DNA of 64,000 bases, from positions 7,502,001 to 7,566,000 of the forward strand of contig NW_027361751.1 in the NCBI RefSeq assembly GCF_039654945.1, written 5' to 3'. Below are positions 11,282 through 25,498 of this stretch, piece by piece. Source of the DNA: Dendrobates tinctorius. Its lineage: Eukaryota. How positions within the stretch are numbered: position 1 is the stretch's first letter; every line of letters starts with the position of its first letter. Both the position numbers and the translations under genes were made by a program. The notes under the pieces were generated by a model. That model had not been told where the DNA came from, did not search any database, and saw only the letters and a list, made by a program, of their open reading frames with translations.

Positions 11282-12639
11282 TTGGCGCTGTTATACAGAT
11301 CTAAGAGATATTCTTAAAGGAGAAATTCACATCCTGGTGGCTGCTTAATCAGCATTTGAGGTTTTGGTGTACAGAGGCGGAATTGTGGGTAGGGTCTTCG
11401 TCTCCTGCCCTGGCACCTCCACCTGCCTCTGATGTCTGCATAACAGGTCTCTGGTTTGTGAGTGACCTGCCTCCTATGTCAGCGACATCCTTTTGAGATC
11501 CTTTTGAGACCTCAATCTGCTCATGTGTCACCACCGGTGCCATTTTGTTGATGACCGCTGTGAGATCAATCTGCGCAATCTCTGCCTGTGGAGAGGGCCA
11601 CGCCGATGCAAACTTTCAAATTGAGGAAAAATCAGAGGATTAAATGGTTTTACCTTTAATCAAATATGCCAATTAGGGTACTTGGTGCACCCTGGTGTGT
11701 CCAGGAGGCTCACTGCACCTTTCTGCTCATTTGTTTTGCATGCCCCGCCTGACTCACTATTGAGGGCTGTCTCGCTATATTGAGCTTGAGAGTCCAGTGG
11801 GTTTTCCTGTTTAGTGATTGACATCAATATATATCTGATAACAATTAAGTATGACCGCACTCTGGACTCTTATGCCTGTTGGCCACTGATATTTGCTCAT
11901 GTTTGCTTTACGCTGACACCAGTCTTGGTGATTCCCTCCTGAAGAGAATGTCGCCCCATATGCAGGGCCGGGACAAGGGGTATGCAGAGTAGGCGGGTGC
12001 CTAGTGTGCCACCTCAAGTGAATCAGGAAGGGGCGCAATATCAAAGGAAAAAATGTAACATCTCCACCAGCACGCACTGTCACTGCTGCTGCTCTGCATG
12101 CGGGTGACTTGTTAACCTGATGCGCTCATCAGCACTGTAGTTAGTTCCTCTGCTGCCTATGTCACCACAGGAGAGTGCTATCGGTCCTGGCAATTCTGAA
12201 GGTTGCAATGTGTTGAAAAGAAAGAGGTTGGTGTGATTTTAAGTAGGCAAACTGTATATGGAGCAGTAATTTGACAAGCGCAAAAGGTGTGAAGACAGGC
12301 GAATCCTAACAGTATCCTAAAACTAAATCAGAATGTATTTTTTGAGAGATTGTTTGTTTTATTAAGGTGATGTGCAAAAGGACCTCACTATATAACTTTT
12401 GTAGCATTCAGCTTTTATCAGCATAACTTGCTGCTTGACAAATTAGACAAAACTAGAATACCATGCAATTTCTAACTCACAAAGTTTTGATTCTGACATG
12501 ATATTCTGTTCTCATATCTCTGTAACTAGCTTGGTTTTGTTCCTATATCTATGTGCAGGCCTGGTACTGTATCTATGTAGTAAGCTTGGTTCTGTTCCCG
12601 TATCTGTGCAGTAAGCTTGGCTGTTTCATACTTATGGAG

Positions 12640-13510
12640 AAACCTTATGCCCAACGGTAGCGCATGTGGATTTGTAGACCGACTGTGCCACAGGGTCATG
12701 CCTGCGTAGGAAGGGGTGTAGCTAAGTGGCTATCAGATGATCACTGGAGGTTTTGATGGCGACAGACTGGGCTGCAGGTAGCCACCAGGTACCACTCCTA
12801 GGCAGAACCTAGTATTGCAGCTGCTGATCCCTGGGGTCAGATTCACTGACACTGATTAGGGCTATGTGCAAGCACACTGATGTAGGATACTCGATTAGGG
12901 AATGGCCTCACATGGACCAGGGGAAAATGTTCATGCACTAGTCGCACCAAGACAAGGGTACTTTGGGAACAGGACTGGCCACAACGTGACCGGTGGACTT
13001 CAGATCAGGACTGGCCATTCCAGAACCAGGGGACAGTGTTCAGTCACTGGCCACACTAAGACAAGGGGACTTCGGGAACAGAACTGGCTGCACCGGGACT
13101 AGGGAACAATGTTTAGGACTCTGGCACACTATGACCCGGGATTCGGGTTCAGGACACTGGCTGCACTGGGACCTCACAATCACTTTGGTAGAACACCAAC
13201 TACCTAATGACTCTATACATTGCTTGGCAACTCCCTAAGGAAGAGGGAGTCTTTCATACAAGATGTCTTCCAGCTTTTGGCTAGGAGCGATTCTGCAGGT
13301 GTACGCATTATGCTAAATGCCTCTCAGCAAAAGGCTGAGGGCGTTTAGCAAAATCTGGGTTCTGCCCCATTAAGAGCAGGGGAGCATACGCACTAGGCAT
13401 GAAGCCGGGAGCTGTGGCGCACATACAACCCGGAAGCAGGAAGTACGCCAGGGCCTGGATAAGGGGCCGGAGCAGTGAGTGAACCAGTGTCCCTTCATGG
13501 AGGGACTTTT
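12640..13510. mobile_element. Degenerate LTR-like remnant inside a ~33-bp decayed minisatellite
   Basis: Shares motifs with 32951-33530 (ctgtgcca, gaagggg, cactggag, gatgg, caggtag, ccactcc). Flanked on both sides by AGTAAGCTTGGTTCTGTT repeats (12525-12620 and 13525-13790). Confidence 0.4.
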
Positions 13511-13808
13511 GGTACCATATTTATGGAGTAAGCTTGGTTCTGTTGCTGTATCTATGCATTAAACGTGGTTCTGTTTCCATATTTATGTACTAAACTAGGT
13601 TCTGTTCTTGTATCTGTGTAGGAAGTTTGTTTTTGTTCCCATATCAATGTAGTAAACTCAATTCTGCTCTCTGTGCATTATGTTTCTTTCTGTTACTGTA
13701 TTTATGTAGTAATCTTGGTTCTGGAACCAAATTCAGTAAGCTTAGTTCTGTTCCTGAATCTATGTACTGTAGTAGGCTTGGTTATTTTCCTGTTTCTGTT
13801 ATTGTATT

Positions 13809-14017
13809 TCTCCCATGCTCCCGAATGCCCCATGTGAACTGCATTGTATTTTATATGGTATGCATTGCTGAATTCCACCTCTCTCCCATGCTCCTGAATG
13901 CCCCATGTGAACTGCATTGTATTTTATATGGTATGCATTGCTGAATTCCACCTCTCTCTCCCATGCTCCTGAATGCCCCATGTGAACTGCATTGTATTTT
14001 ATATGGTATGCATTGCT
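13809..14017. repeat. ~73-75-bp tandem repeat, ~2.8 copies
   Basis: Near-identical units TCTCCCATGCTCC.GAATGCCCCATGTGAACTGCATTGTATTTTATATGGTATGCATTGCT. Confidence 0.9.
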
Positions 14018-14339
14018 TACCCATCTTCTTGTATCCATAATTGTACTCCATTCTTGTTATCTTTGCTACACATCTAAGTGGTCTGTATAACCCCTTACCC
14101 CTTTTATGACCTTTGCTTAACTCTGTGCATTTGGCCTGAGCAGTCACACCCCACTTTCACTCACACTTGATTGTCTTTAGCTGTACATATATTCAGCACC
14201 ATGGGTCTGCTCCAGACGTAGTCGGCTCCATCTATTTAAAAATCCATATTTCAAAGTACAAATTTCTAAGTACAATACTCTGAATTAGATTAGAATTGGA
14301 CTGGAATTGACTGTAAGGTAACGGACTATAACACCACAA

Positions 14340-17300
14340 CGTTTCGCCTTCTTTTTACTATCACCCCCATACTACTCTATTTCTCCCTAACTCCTGCCAT
14401 CCCTCCACCCAGTAAGGAACTTGTCATTTCCCCCTCCATTCTTTCCAGCCACCTCAACTGTTCCTCCACATACAATCCTTTTTCTTCAGACACACACGGC
14501 CACAACATGTCGTATCCTGCTCCCACCTTCTAATGCTCTGTCTACTACTCCTCATGGCTGGCGACGTATCCCCAAATCCTGGCCCTCCACAATACATCCC
14601 TACACTCACTTCTATCACCCTCCCATGATCCTCTACACATCTTCACAACCATGATAACCTCTTACCCATTCATCCAGCCCCCACTCCCCCAACCCCCTTA
14701 CCTGGAGCCCTATGGAACGCACGCTTTGTCTGCAACAAGCTGTCATTTATCCATAACCTCTTTATCACCAACAAACTCTCCTTCCTTGCCATCACTGAAA
14801 CCTGGCTCACTCCCTCTGACACAGCCTCTCCAGCTGTGCTTTCCTATGGCGGATTCCATTTCTCTCACATCCCTTGCCACAGCAACAAACGTGGTGGAGG
14901 AGTTGGCTTGCTCCTGTCTGATACCTGCTCCTTTACCCCAATTCCTCTGCCACCCTCCGCTACTCTTCCCTTGTTCCAGGTGCACTCCATCCGCATCTAT
15001 TCCCCCTCCAACCTCCAACTGGCTGTCATCTACCGCCCCCCAGAACTAGTCATCTCCACCTTTCTCGACCACTTCACCACCTGACAACTCCATTTCCTTT
15101 CTGCTGACATCCCCACCATCACCATGGGTGACTTCAACATCTCCATTGATACTTCCACCCCGGCTGCCTCTAAACTTCTATCGCTCACGGCTTCCCTCAG
15201 CCTCACTCAATGGTCCTCTGCGGCCACTCACAAAGATGGTCACACGCTGGACCTTATCTTCACCCACCTCTGCTCCCTCATTAATCTCAATAACTCACCC
15301 CTCCCCCTGACCACAACCTACTGACATTCTCTTCCCTCTCCCCTCCTACTGCGCAACCCCCGCTCCATAAACTCGCTCACCCTCGCAGGAATCTCAAACA
15401 CCTGAATTTACAATCACTCTCCAAGTCCCTTCTCCCTCTTACAGACATAGCTTCCCTTCATGACACAGATGCTGCTGCCACTTTTTACAACACCACAATA
15501 ACAGCAACACTTGATTCGGCTGCCCCCTTCATGCAGAGCAAAACTCGAACAATCAACAGGCAGCCCTGGCTGACCAGCCTGACCAAAGAACTGAGATGGG
15601 TTTTCAGGGCCGCTGAGTGGAGATGGAAGAGAACCCATTCTACTAAGCACTTCAGCGCATACAAGCAGTCCCTTGCCAGCTTCAAGTCCACACTCTCTGC
15701 CGCAAAACAAACTGACTTCGCATCTCTCATATCCTCCCTGTCTCACAACCCTAAACGGCTCTTCAACACTGTGAATTCTCTACTCCGTCCCACAGCACCT
15801 CCTCCCTCTCCTCTCATTTCTGCTGAAGACTTTCCCTCCTTCTTTAAGCAGAAGATCGACACGATCAGAAAAAATTTGGTCCGCAGCCCCCAATGCCCCT
15901 CTTAGCCGCTCAGCCCTGTTCTGCAAAAGCCAGCTTCTCCACCATGACAGATGATCAGCTCTCCATCCTTTTGTCAAGATCACACCTCACCACTTGTGCT
16001 CTTGACCCACTCCCGTCCCACCTCATCCCTAACTTGGCCACAGTCTTCATCCCATCTCTAACACACCTCTTCAACCTTTCACTTACAAATGGTATCTTTC
16101 CCTCATCCTTCAAACATGCCTCAATCACACCCATCTTCAAAAAGCCCTCCCTTGACCCATCCTCTGTGTCTAACTATCGCCCGATATCTCTTCTCCCGTA
16201 CACCTCAAAACTACTGGAACAGCATGTATATCTTGAAGTGTCCTAATGTCATGTGCCCCATCCTGTGTGACACGGCCAGCAGGCCGATAACTAATACAAC
16301 AGGACATGGCACGTGTAATTATCAAGTGTGACATGGCCCATAGGCCGGTAATTAATACAACAAGACACAGGGAATAGGGAAACATTTACAACGGTGGGCC
16401 CTGCGATAGGGAACGGGGGATGTGGAGACCTCCTGCACTCCCCTAAGTCAGTGTCCCTAACACTCCTAACGTTCCCTATACAGGCTTCTCACCCGTCGCT
16501 GATCAGGATACCTGTCACCCTAGCACACCCTACACCTATTCCTTACTAGGGAGCTGGGTGGTGCAGGCACTGGCCCCACCGCTATACTAACACCAACATG
16601 AGGAAAAGTGACAAACAGGGAAACACTTAGCTTTGCTCTGATGCACTTGCTCCTGGCAACAGAATCCAACACCGGAGGGCATCTTCCTCCCACCATGTCC
16701 AACACCTGGGTGCAGCTTTACAGCAACAGCGTCCAGTACCCGAGTGCCACCTCGGAGCAACAGAGTTCAGCACCTGAGTGCAGCTGTCCAGCAAAGGAGT
16801 CCAGCACCTGAGTGCAGCTGTCCAGCAACGGAGTCCAGCACCTGAGTGCAGCTTCCAGCAACGGAGTCCAGCAACTGAGTGCAGCTCTACACCATAGCTG
16901 CCACTCCACCAAGCTTTGCAAGAATTCTTCACTGACACCATAGCTGCCACTCCACCATGCTTTACACGAACTCCTCGCTGACACCATAGCTGCCACTCCA
17001 GGACTCTGACTGAGCTGCCCTGGACTCTCCTCAGCTAATTCCTTCACCCAGGATGCTTGGAAAAGATCAACAATATCACCAACGTGAGCACAACTGACAC
17101 ACCTTTATTGAGTAAACACACCTGTTAGTGATTCCCGTGCAATTACACTAACCACCACCGGGGGCAAAACTATTTCTAAAAACACCAGTACAATGACCAT
17201 ACTGGCCACCGGGGGCTAAACTATCTCTAACCACAAAGCTTAGGGAAAGGGAAAAAAAAGGTTACCAGTGCTCTTATCTGACATGATCCAGCATGGATCA

Positions 17301-18789
17301 TGACACCTCCCACCTCTCCTCCTGTTCCCTCTTTGACCGGTTACAATCTGGCTTCCGCCCGCATCACTCAACTGAAAATGCCTTAACTAAAGTCACTAAC
17401 AACTTACTAGCCGCCAAGAGCAAGCGACACTACTCTGTCCTCCTTCCCCTGGACCTGTCCTCTGCCTTCGACACCGTAGACCATTCCCTCCTGCTACAGA
17501 CTCTCTCATCTCTTGGCATCACAGACTTGGCCCTCTCCTGGATCTCATCATACCTAACAGACCGAACATTTAGTGTCTCCCTCTCACACACCACCTCCTC
17601 ACCTCGCCCCCTGTCTGTCAGTGTTCCTCAAGACTCTGTCCTAGGACCCCTACTATTCTCCATCTACACCTTCGCCTTGGGACAGCTCATAGAATCCCAT
17701 GGTTTGCAGTATCACCTCTACACCAATGACACGCAGATCTACCTATCTGGACCCGACCTCACCTCCTTACTGACTGAAATCCCACAATGTCTGTCTGCTA
17801 TCTCAGCCTTCTTTTCTTCTCGCTTTCTCAAACTGAACATGGACAAAACAGAATTCATCATCTTTCCCCATCTCACTCTACCCCTCCACAAGACCTATCC
17901 ATCAATGTCAATGGCTGCTCTCTTTCCCCAGTCCCGCACGCTCGGTGCCTTGGGGTGATCCTCGACTCTTCGCTCTCTTTCAAACCACATATCCAAGCCC
18001 TCGCCTCCTCCTGCCACCTCAAACTCAAAAATATTTCCCGGATCCGCTCATTCCTCAACCACGAAACCACAAAAACACTAGTGCATGCTCTTATCATCTC
18101 CCGCCTTGACTACTGCAATGTCCTTCTCTCTGGCATCCCCTCTAGCACTCTGGCACCACTCCAGTCCATCCTACACTCTGCTGCCCGACTAATCCACCTG
18201 TCTCCCTGCTATTCCCCAGCCTCCCCCTATGCCAGGCCCTTCACTGGCTTCCTATTGCTCAGAGGCTCCAATTCAAAACCCTAACCATGACATACAAAGC
18301 CATCCACAACCTGTCTCCTCCATACATCTGTGACATGGTCTCCAGGTACCTACCAGCATGCAACCTTCGATCGTCTCAAGATTTCCTTCTCTACTCTTCC
18401 CTTATCTCTTCTTCCCACAACTGCATACGAGACTTCTTCCGTGCTTCCCCCATACTCTGGAACTCTCTGCCGCAACACATGAGACTCTCACCATCAACAG
18501 AAACCTTCAAGAAGAACCTGAAGACCCACCTGTTCTGACAAGCCTACAGCCTGCAATGATCCTCGGTCTACTGAACCACCACACGACCTGCTCTACCCTC
18601 TCCTACTGTATCCTCACCCATCCCTGTAGACAGTGAGCCCTCTCGGGCAGGGTCCCCTCTCCTTATGTACTTGTGTGTCCCTTGTCTTATACATGTTTAT
18701 TATACTTGTCTATATTTCCCCTTTTCACATGTAAATCACCATGGAATAAATGGCGCTATATAAATGCATAATAATAATAAAATAATAAT
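14340..18789 (+). mobile_element. L2 LINE (degraded EN-RT), split by a solo LTR
   Basis: APE motifs WNAR..CNK, AITETWL, MGDFN, HTLDL; RT motifs [38 protein letters not shown]; SRLDYCN. L2-type 3' end GGCGCTATATAAAT(AAT)n. Confidence 0.93.
16247..17305 (-). mobile_element. Solo LTR (same family as 10450-11281) inserted in the L2 RT
   Basis: TGTCA...TGACA termini; the L2 frame EQHVYLEVS|..[10 protein letters not shown] resumes afterwards; imperfect TSD CCTAA/CCTCC; internal ~33-bp and ~48-bp tandem expansions at 16745-17000. Confidence 0.85.
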
Positions 18790-19165
18790 TGTATCCCTGT
18801 AGTTAGCGCCGTTCTGTTCACACCATTATATTTAAAGCCTGATACCTTTGCTGCTTTAATGCAGCGGCCAGAGATAAGTAGGCTGAAGATGGGCCGCCTC
18901 AACTGTTGCCATCCAAAGTTTGCCAGCCAGTCCCTGCAAAACAGCATACTAACTGTCTAAGACACTGACTTCTGCACACACTGGTTCAGTCAGTAGAAAT
19001 AAGGGATGTCAGGCCAGCGGCAGCTGTGCTCTGCAGACACCCTGGAGGTGTCACTCATGGGAATCACAGTAGTGCTGCCCTAGTGCAAATAATAAATAAT
19101 GTCACTTATTTCTAGCATTAGGCAGCAGTGCCGACATATGATGTATTCTATATACTAGCGATTTA

Positions 19166-19224
19166 GCGAATCCTGCTTTGAGCAGGGGGTTGGACCAGAT
19201 GGCCCAGGAGGTCCCTTCCAACTG
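19166..19224 (+). mobile_element. CR1 3'-end fragment
   Basis: CCTGCTTTGAGCAGGGGGTTGGACCAGATGGCCCAGGAGGTCCCTTCCAAC resembles the conserved CR1 3' UTR. Confidence 0.6.
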
Positions 19225-21319
19225 TCTGTCTCAAAATCATCAGTCACCTTTCTTTCCATTGCTGTGCTGAATTGCTGCCACTCCTATTCCACAAACTTGT
19301 AGGATACCACATGTGAGGGGGCATCATAATTCTCACCAACCTAGGGCACCAAAATACATTGTCCTGACTCCCGGTTCTGCCCATATACGATCATGACCCC
19401 CATCCTTTATAAGCCAAAATAGAAACACTACAAAAGAATAGCTTCATCAGCCTCTCCATGTATGACATGGTTGTCCATTCTCTATGTAACATGCATTCTG
19501 TTCTGAGTCAAGAAATGTCACAATTTCATGATATTCTGATCTTGTGCTTAATGATTACTTTAATTTCTCGAACATCTAAGCATATTATTAGTATAATTAA
19601 AATAGGGAAAATAATGTTTAAGTGACTACCTTATGAAGAATACTGATCTATTTAGATCTCTCCAAGTTGCAGACAGTGTAATTGCTAGGTAACCCCTAGA
19701 TGGGGAGGACTCAAAATAGACAAACCACAATGTAACCTTTAGAGTGGAACCATCCTGCTGATGATGCAGAGATGTCATGTTACACAGGATTCCAAATGTG
19801 CTGAATATATCATGTTATTATTAAATGTAGTATTCTATGTAACCTCACATTGGATGCACACTTACTATATGTCTATACAGTACATATACTTTTCATATCA
19901 GATGTAAAATACTGAGGAAAACCTTTATATTTTCTAATTACATTTTTTTGAATAGTAATAGTGATGGACAAGGGAGAGAGCCAGAAAAATGCTCGACTGT
20001 GCCTTTCACTTCCACTATGCTCACTACGCGAGTCAAGCACATCCGAGCTCATGAGTTCTTGATCAACACTAAATTATAATAAAATATGGGATAATGCCCA
20101 TACCATGTATTATCCAAATATTAGGGCGTTCTCTGATCTGAGTGACCTCATTCTCATAAACTACAATGGGCAGCTTGTTATTTTTCACATCTCAGCTGCT
20201 GCAGAATTGCTGTTTGACAATTAAGGGAAGTTTCCTGTTCATCATTGATTGATATGAAACTTTCTCATCAGTTTTGTGTGTGTGTGTGTGTGTGTGTGTG
20301 TAAGCAGCATATAAAAAAATACAACAACAGACAATGCCCCCAGGATTTTTAACCCCTTCACGACCAGACCTATTTTCGTTTTTTGCTCCCCTTCTTCCCA
20401 GAGCCATAACTTTTTTTATTTTTCTGTCAATATGGCCATGTGAGGGCTTGGTTTTTGCGGGACAAGTTGTACTTTTGAATAACACCATTAGTTTTACCAT
20501 ATCATGTACTGGAAAATGGGGGAAAAAAATTCCAAGTGCGGTGAGATTGCAAAAAAGTGCAATTCCACAGTTGTGTTTTTTGTTTTTTTACCATGTTCAC
20601 TAAATGCTAAAACCAACCTGCTATTATGATTCTCCAGGTCATTACGAGTTCATAAATACCAAACATGTCTAGGCTATTTTTTATTTAAGTGATGAAAAAA
20701 AATCCAAAGTTTGGTAAAAAAAAAAAAAAAAAGCATCATTTTCCGATACTCGTAGCGTCTCCATTTTTCGTGATCTCGGGTTGGGTGAGGGTTTTTTTTT
20801 TTGCCCGCCAAGCTGGCGTTTTTATTGATACCACTTTGTTGTAGATATGATCTTTTGATTACCCGTTATTGCACATTATTGCAATGTAGTGGCGACCAAA
20901 AAAAGTAATTCTGATGATTTTAATTTTTTTCTTGTTACCATGTTTAGCAATCGGATTAATTCTTTTTTTTTTTTTTTAAATTCTTTATTTTCAGGTTTAA
21001 ACCACACCATAAGACAGAACACCATTTAACAAATACAGATGGTTAATTATTGCTTAGACGTCGGTCCAAGGTGATAAAAAAAAAAGGGGGGAAAATAAAG
21101 GGGGGGGAGGGAAAAGTGGGTGGGAAAAAGGAAGAAGAAGGGAAGGGAAAAGAGGGATACATAATAACAAACAATAACAATAACATCAACACAAAGCAGT
21201 CGTCGGCATCGACACTAGCAATTAATGAGTGTATTATGAAAATAGAGCAGGTGAACAGTTCTATAAGTAACCTTGGAACCAGCTACCCCAAAATAAAGGC
21301 CATCAGGTCTAAGTAAGAC

Positions 21320-24300
21320 TCATGTATTATCCGATCTCTCACCTCGAGGATTATCCCCCAGATATCTAGTCCACGGGGCCCAGGTCGACACATAAGATTT
21401 GTGATTGAAGATCTCCCAGCTAGACAGCTCCTCCAGACGAGAAATCTGATTTATCTTAACATGCCACTCCTCCAATGTGGGGGGAGCGACATCTTTCCAA
21501 TGTACAGCTATCAGTTGTTTTGCAGCACTTAGCATCAATGGGAGTAGGCCATGTTTTTTTGGTAAGAAATCCTTTGATGGACACGAAAGAAGAACCTCCA
21601 TAGCCCTGAGATTAGTCTTTATTAATTGCAATTTCTTAAGAACTAGCTCGACACCGTCCCAAAAATGTCTCAATTTGGGACAATCCCAGAATATGTGTGT
21701 ATGATGTCCTCCAGAGTTGAGGCATCTCCAACAAGCATCATTATCAGCAAGACCCCTCTGTAAGAGCTTTGCGGGAGTCCAATGCCACCTGGTCAATATT
21801 TTATAAGAATTTTCTTGCAAAAGAACACACCTGGAGAATCCCCGTGCACTAGATAGCATTCTAGATACTTGTTTCTCTGTGAACGTAGTATTAAGTTCCA
21901 TTTCCCAGGAGTAAATAAATGAGGGCTTAAAATGTACTCCCGGAGAGATCAGATGTGAGTAAATACGAGACAAGATTTTCGGCCGTGGAAGCGGGAGTTT
22001 GATCATGATATCTAACCAGGACCAGTTCGATTTGGTCGGGAATTTCTTCTTAAATTGTAGAAGCGTACGTCGAATGTGCTGGCACTGAAGAAAATTAGTT
22101 GGTTGACTCATTGCATTTGATGGCCAAACTCCTCCCTGTAATATTTTATTACCGTAAAAGCTATTCAATGTATCTCTAGGGAGGGTAGACCATAGATTAT
22201 AAGGATCCTGAAAATCAAAATCCAATAGAAACTGTATTGAGCTAATCGGCGTTAATGTCGAAGGAAAAGTGTCCTCCGGTAATTCCCCCAACATCGATCT
22301 TTTGATACGTAATGTAGTAGAAGTTATCTCGTCCAGTCTAAGAGTAACCGGTGGTTTAGCCCTAGTCCAGAGATAAGGCAAACCCCTCGGGCCCAGTAAA
22401 GCCAGGTCGACACAAGCTCCCTCCCCACCCTCAGTGCAAGACACCACCTTTAACCATCTGCCAAGGTGGATTGCTTTATAATATAATAGGGGGTCTGGAA
22501 CTCCCAATCCACCAGAGGAGACTGGGTAAGTAAGAAGCCTATAAGGCAACCTAGCCGGTTTAGATTTCCAGATAAATTTTCCTATTAGTGACTTTAATGA
22601 CCCGAAAAAGGTCAGGGGTATCTGAATCGGTACCATATTCATGACATACAAAATGATAGGCATGATATATGCCTTAAACACGTTGATGCGACCCAACCAA
22701 GATAAAGTGGGTAGGTTATATTTATGCATCAGATTGGTAACTTTCTTCAATAAGGGTATGAAATTACTTTGAAATAAGTTAGTGGGGTCCCTAGTTATGA
22801 ATATTCCTAAATATTTAATAGAGCCATTAGCCCAAGAGGAGGGAATCTGTGTACGAAGAATGGAAAGTTGGGAATGAGGGAGAGTGATATTTAACGCTTC
22901 AGATTTGGCTAGGTTAATTTTAAAATTGGAAAGGGAGCCAAACTGTTGAAAAATTCGGAGGATGATCGGGAATGCCTGAGATGGGTTGGATATGAGGAAA
23001 AGCAAATCATCTGCGAAAGCTAGCGTTTTAAATGTCCCCGGGCCCACCGACAACCCCTCTATGCGTTGTTCTTGTCTGATGCTTTGTATCAAAGTTTCTA
23101 TAACTAAAATGAACAAAGATGGGGACAAAGGGCATCCCTGCCTAGTCCCATTGTGAATTTCCAAACTTTTTGATAGGGTGCCATTTATCCTGACCCTGGC
23201 CGTCGGTTGGGAGTAGAGAGAGAGGACTGCTGTTATATATTGAGGAGGGAAGCCGAATTTAATCAACACCTGCTCCATGAATCTCCAGCACACTCTGTCA
23301 AAAGCCTTCTCGGCATCCGTTGACAAGAGTACCAAGGGGACCTGCCGGGTTTTGGCAAACATTATAGACTGTATGACCCTAGTGGAGTTATCTTTCCCTT
23401 CCCTACCCCTCACAAAGCCCGCCTGATCCGCATGAATCAATTTGGGTAAAAAGTAGCTTATTCTACCCGCTAGTATTTTAGCCCACAGTTTTATGTCTGC
23501 ATTAAGTAATGAGATTGGTCTATAGCTGGTGCACAAGTTGGGGTCCTTACCCTCCTTCGGGAGAACCGTAATATATGCCTCCAGTGATTGCTTAGGGGGA
23601 AGCTGGCCTTTCAAATAGGAATTAAACAAGGTCACCAATTGAGGTAAGAATGATTTTATAAACTTTTTATAATATATAATGGGGAGACCATCCGGGCCTG
23701 GGGCCTTTCCATTTGGAATGGTGGAAAGAGTATCCAAAATTTCTTTAGGGGTAACCGGAGCAGTTAACAAAGTTTGGCCTTCCGGGGTAATTTTAGGTAA
23801 AACTAGTGGAGTCAGGAACGCTCTAATTTTTTCTATAGCTTTTATTGGATCTTGCATACTATCTGGTATGCTTAGATTATATAAGCTGTCATAAAAGGAT
23901 CTAAACTCCTCGGCAATGTCAGCGGTCTCGAAAATTGAGGAGCCATCCAGAGTTTTGAGTTGCCTAATAAACGTCCTTTCCTGCTGCTTTTTAAGCAATG
24001 AAGACATAAGCTTACTGCTTTTATTGCCATGGAGATAGAACCTCTGTTTGCATCTCATATAGGTTTTGGCCGATTGGATATTTAAAAGATTTTTTAGCGA
24101 ATTTCTTAGGTCCGTCAGTTCAGTTAGTATCTTAATTACTTGAGATCTCTTATGCAATCTTTCCAAGGAATTAATTTGGTGCAAAATAGACACAACCTGT
24201 TTTGTCCTTTCTTTTTTGAGATGGGAACTCAAAGCTATAAATTCTCCCCTCATTACCGCTTTATGTGATTCCCACACCACAGGTATGGGTGGGCCAGAGT

Positions 24301-25147
24301 GCAAATTTGTCTGAAAAAAGAATTCAAGAGTGTCAGTCAGTTTCGTAATGTGGGAATCTGAATCTAATAATGTCTCATTAAGTGACCATGACCTGGCTGG
24401 TCGCGGAAGGGTTTCTATGCCTATGTCGAGAAAAATAGGCGCATGGTCCGATAGTGAGATAGCGTCTATGGTCGCATTTTTGACTAATGAGAGGTTGGTT
24501 GTTTGTATCAATATATAGTCAATTCTATGATAGCTACCACACGGATGGGAATAAAAAGTGTAGTCTCTGCCCGAAGGAGAGAGTGTCCTCCAGGGGTCTA
24601 TCAAGTGTAATTCTTGGAAAGAAAGGTGTAGTTTTCGCAGTGCCTTTTGAGAAAGGGTCGACTTGCCCGTGGAAGTATCCAAAGATGGATTAAGTGGTAC
24701 ATTAAAATCTCCCCCCATCAGCAATAAACCCTCAGTAAATAGTTTTAAGGTATTCATTGTTTTGCACAGCCATCTAATCTGATTCTTGTTTGGGGCATAT
24801 AAGTTACATAGGGTAACTTTGGTATTGGCAATAAGGCCCTTCAGTATAATATACCTTCCTTCGGAATCTGAAAGGCAATCATGCAAGACAAAAGGAACAT
24901 TTTTTTTAATAGCAATACTCACTCCTCTAGACGCCGACCCACCTGTACTATGATACCAGGTCGGGTAACGAGATCTGGACATGTCTGGTACTCTCCCCGC
25001 TTTAAAATGTGTCTCCTATAGAAAGACCACACTAGCCTTTTTTGCATGCAGAAGGTTCAATACCTGATTTCTCTTACACGGGGAGCGTAGCCCCTTTACA
25101 TTATACGAAGCCACTACTATAGTGGCAAAATTTTCCTTGTCACCCAT
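21320..25147 (-). pseudogene. L1 ORF2p (APE endonuclease, RT, C-terminal Cys/His), single premature stop at codon 44
   Basis: ATG at 25147 gives MGDKENF..SYNVKGL..VFL*ETH (TAG at 25018-25016). Then 1220 aa are open from 24982: GGDFN, SDH, YRPISLLN, GTRQGCPLSP, FADD, CWRC..H..W.C. Confidence 0.95.
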
Positions 25148-25498
25148 AGTAAATTAGATGTAGCAAAAGAAAAAATAAATGATAAAGTGTCCCATGCCGA
25201 CGGACCACAAAAAATACAAAATGCAAGGTAAAATAACAGTAACCAATAGATAACAATAACCAACTACCTGCCTGCGGCAGGAGCAGGGGGTCCAACATGC
25301 CCCCCATGACAGAGCAGGGAATCACATCTCCAACACACGAGTAGCACATGTTAGCTTATACGGCAGTTAAATGAAAGCATCAACACCTAGGCATGTGCCA
25401 ATCAAGGCAAACTAAAGTGATCCAAAACATTGCAAAGTTAAACCAAAACTACTGGGTCCAAATGCAAGAAAATACGACTAGACCGAATAAAACAAAAT

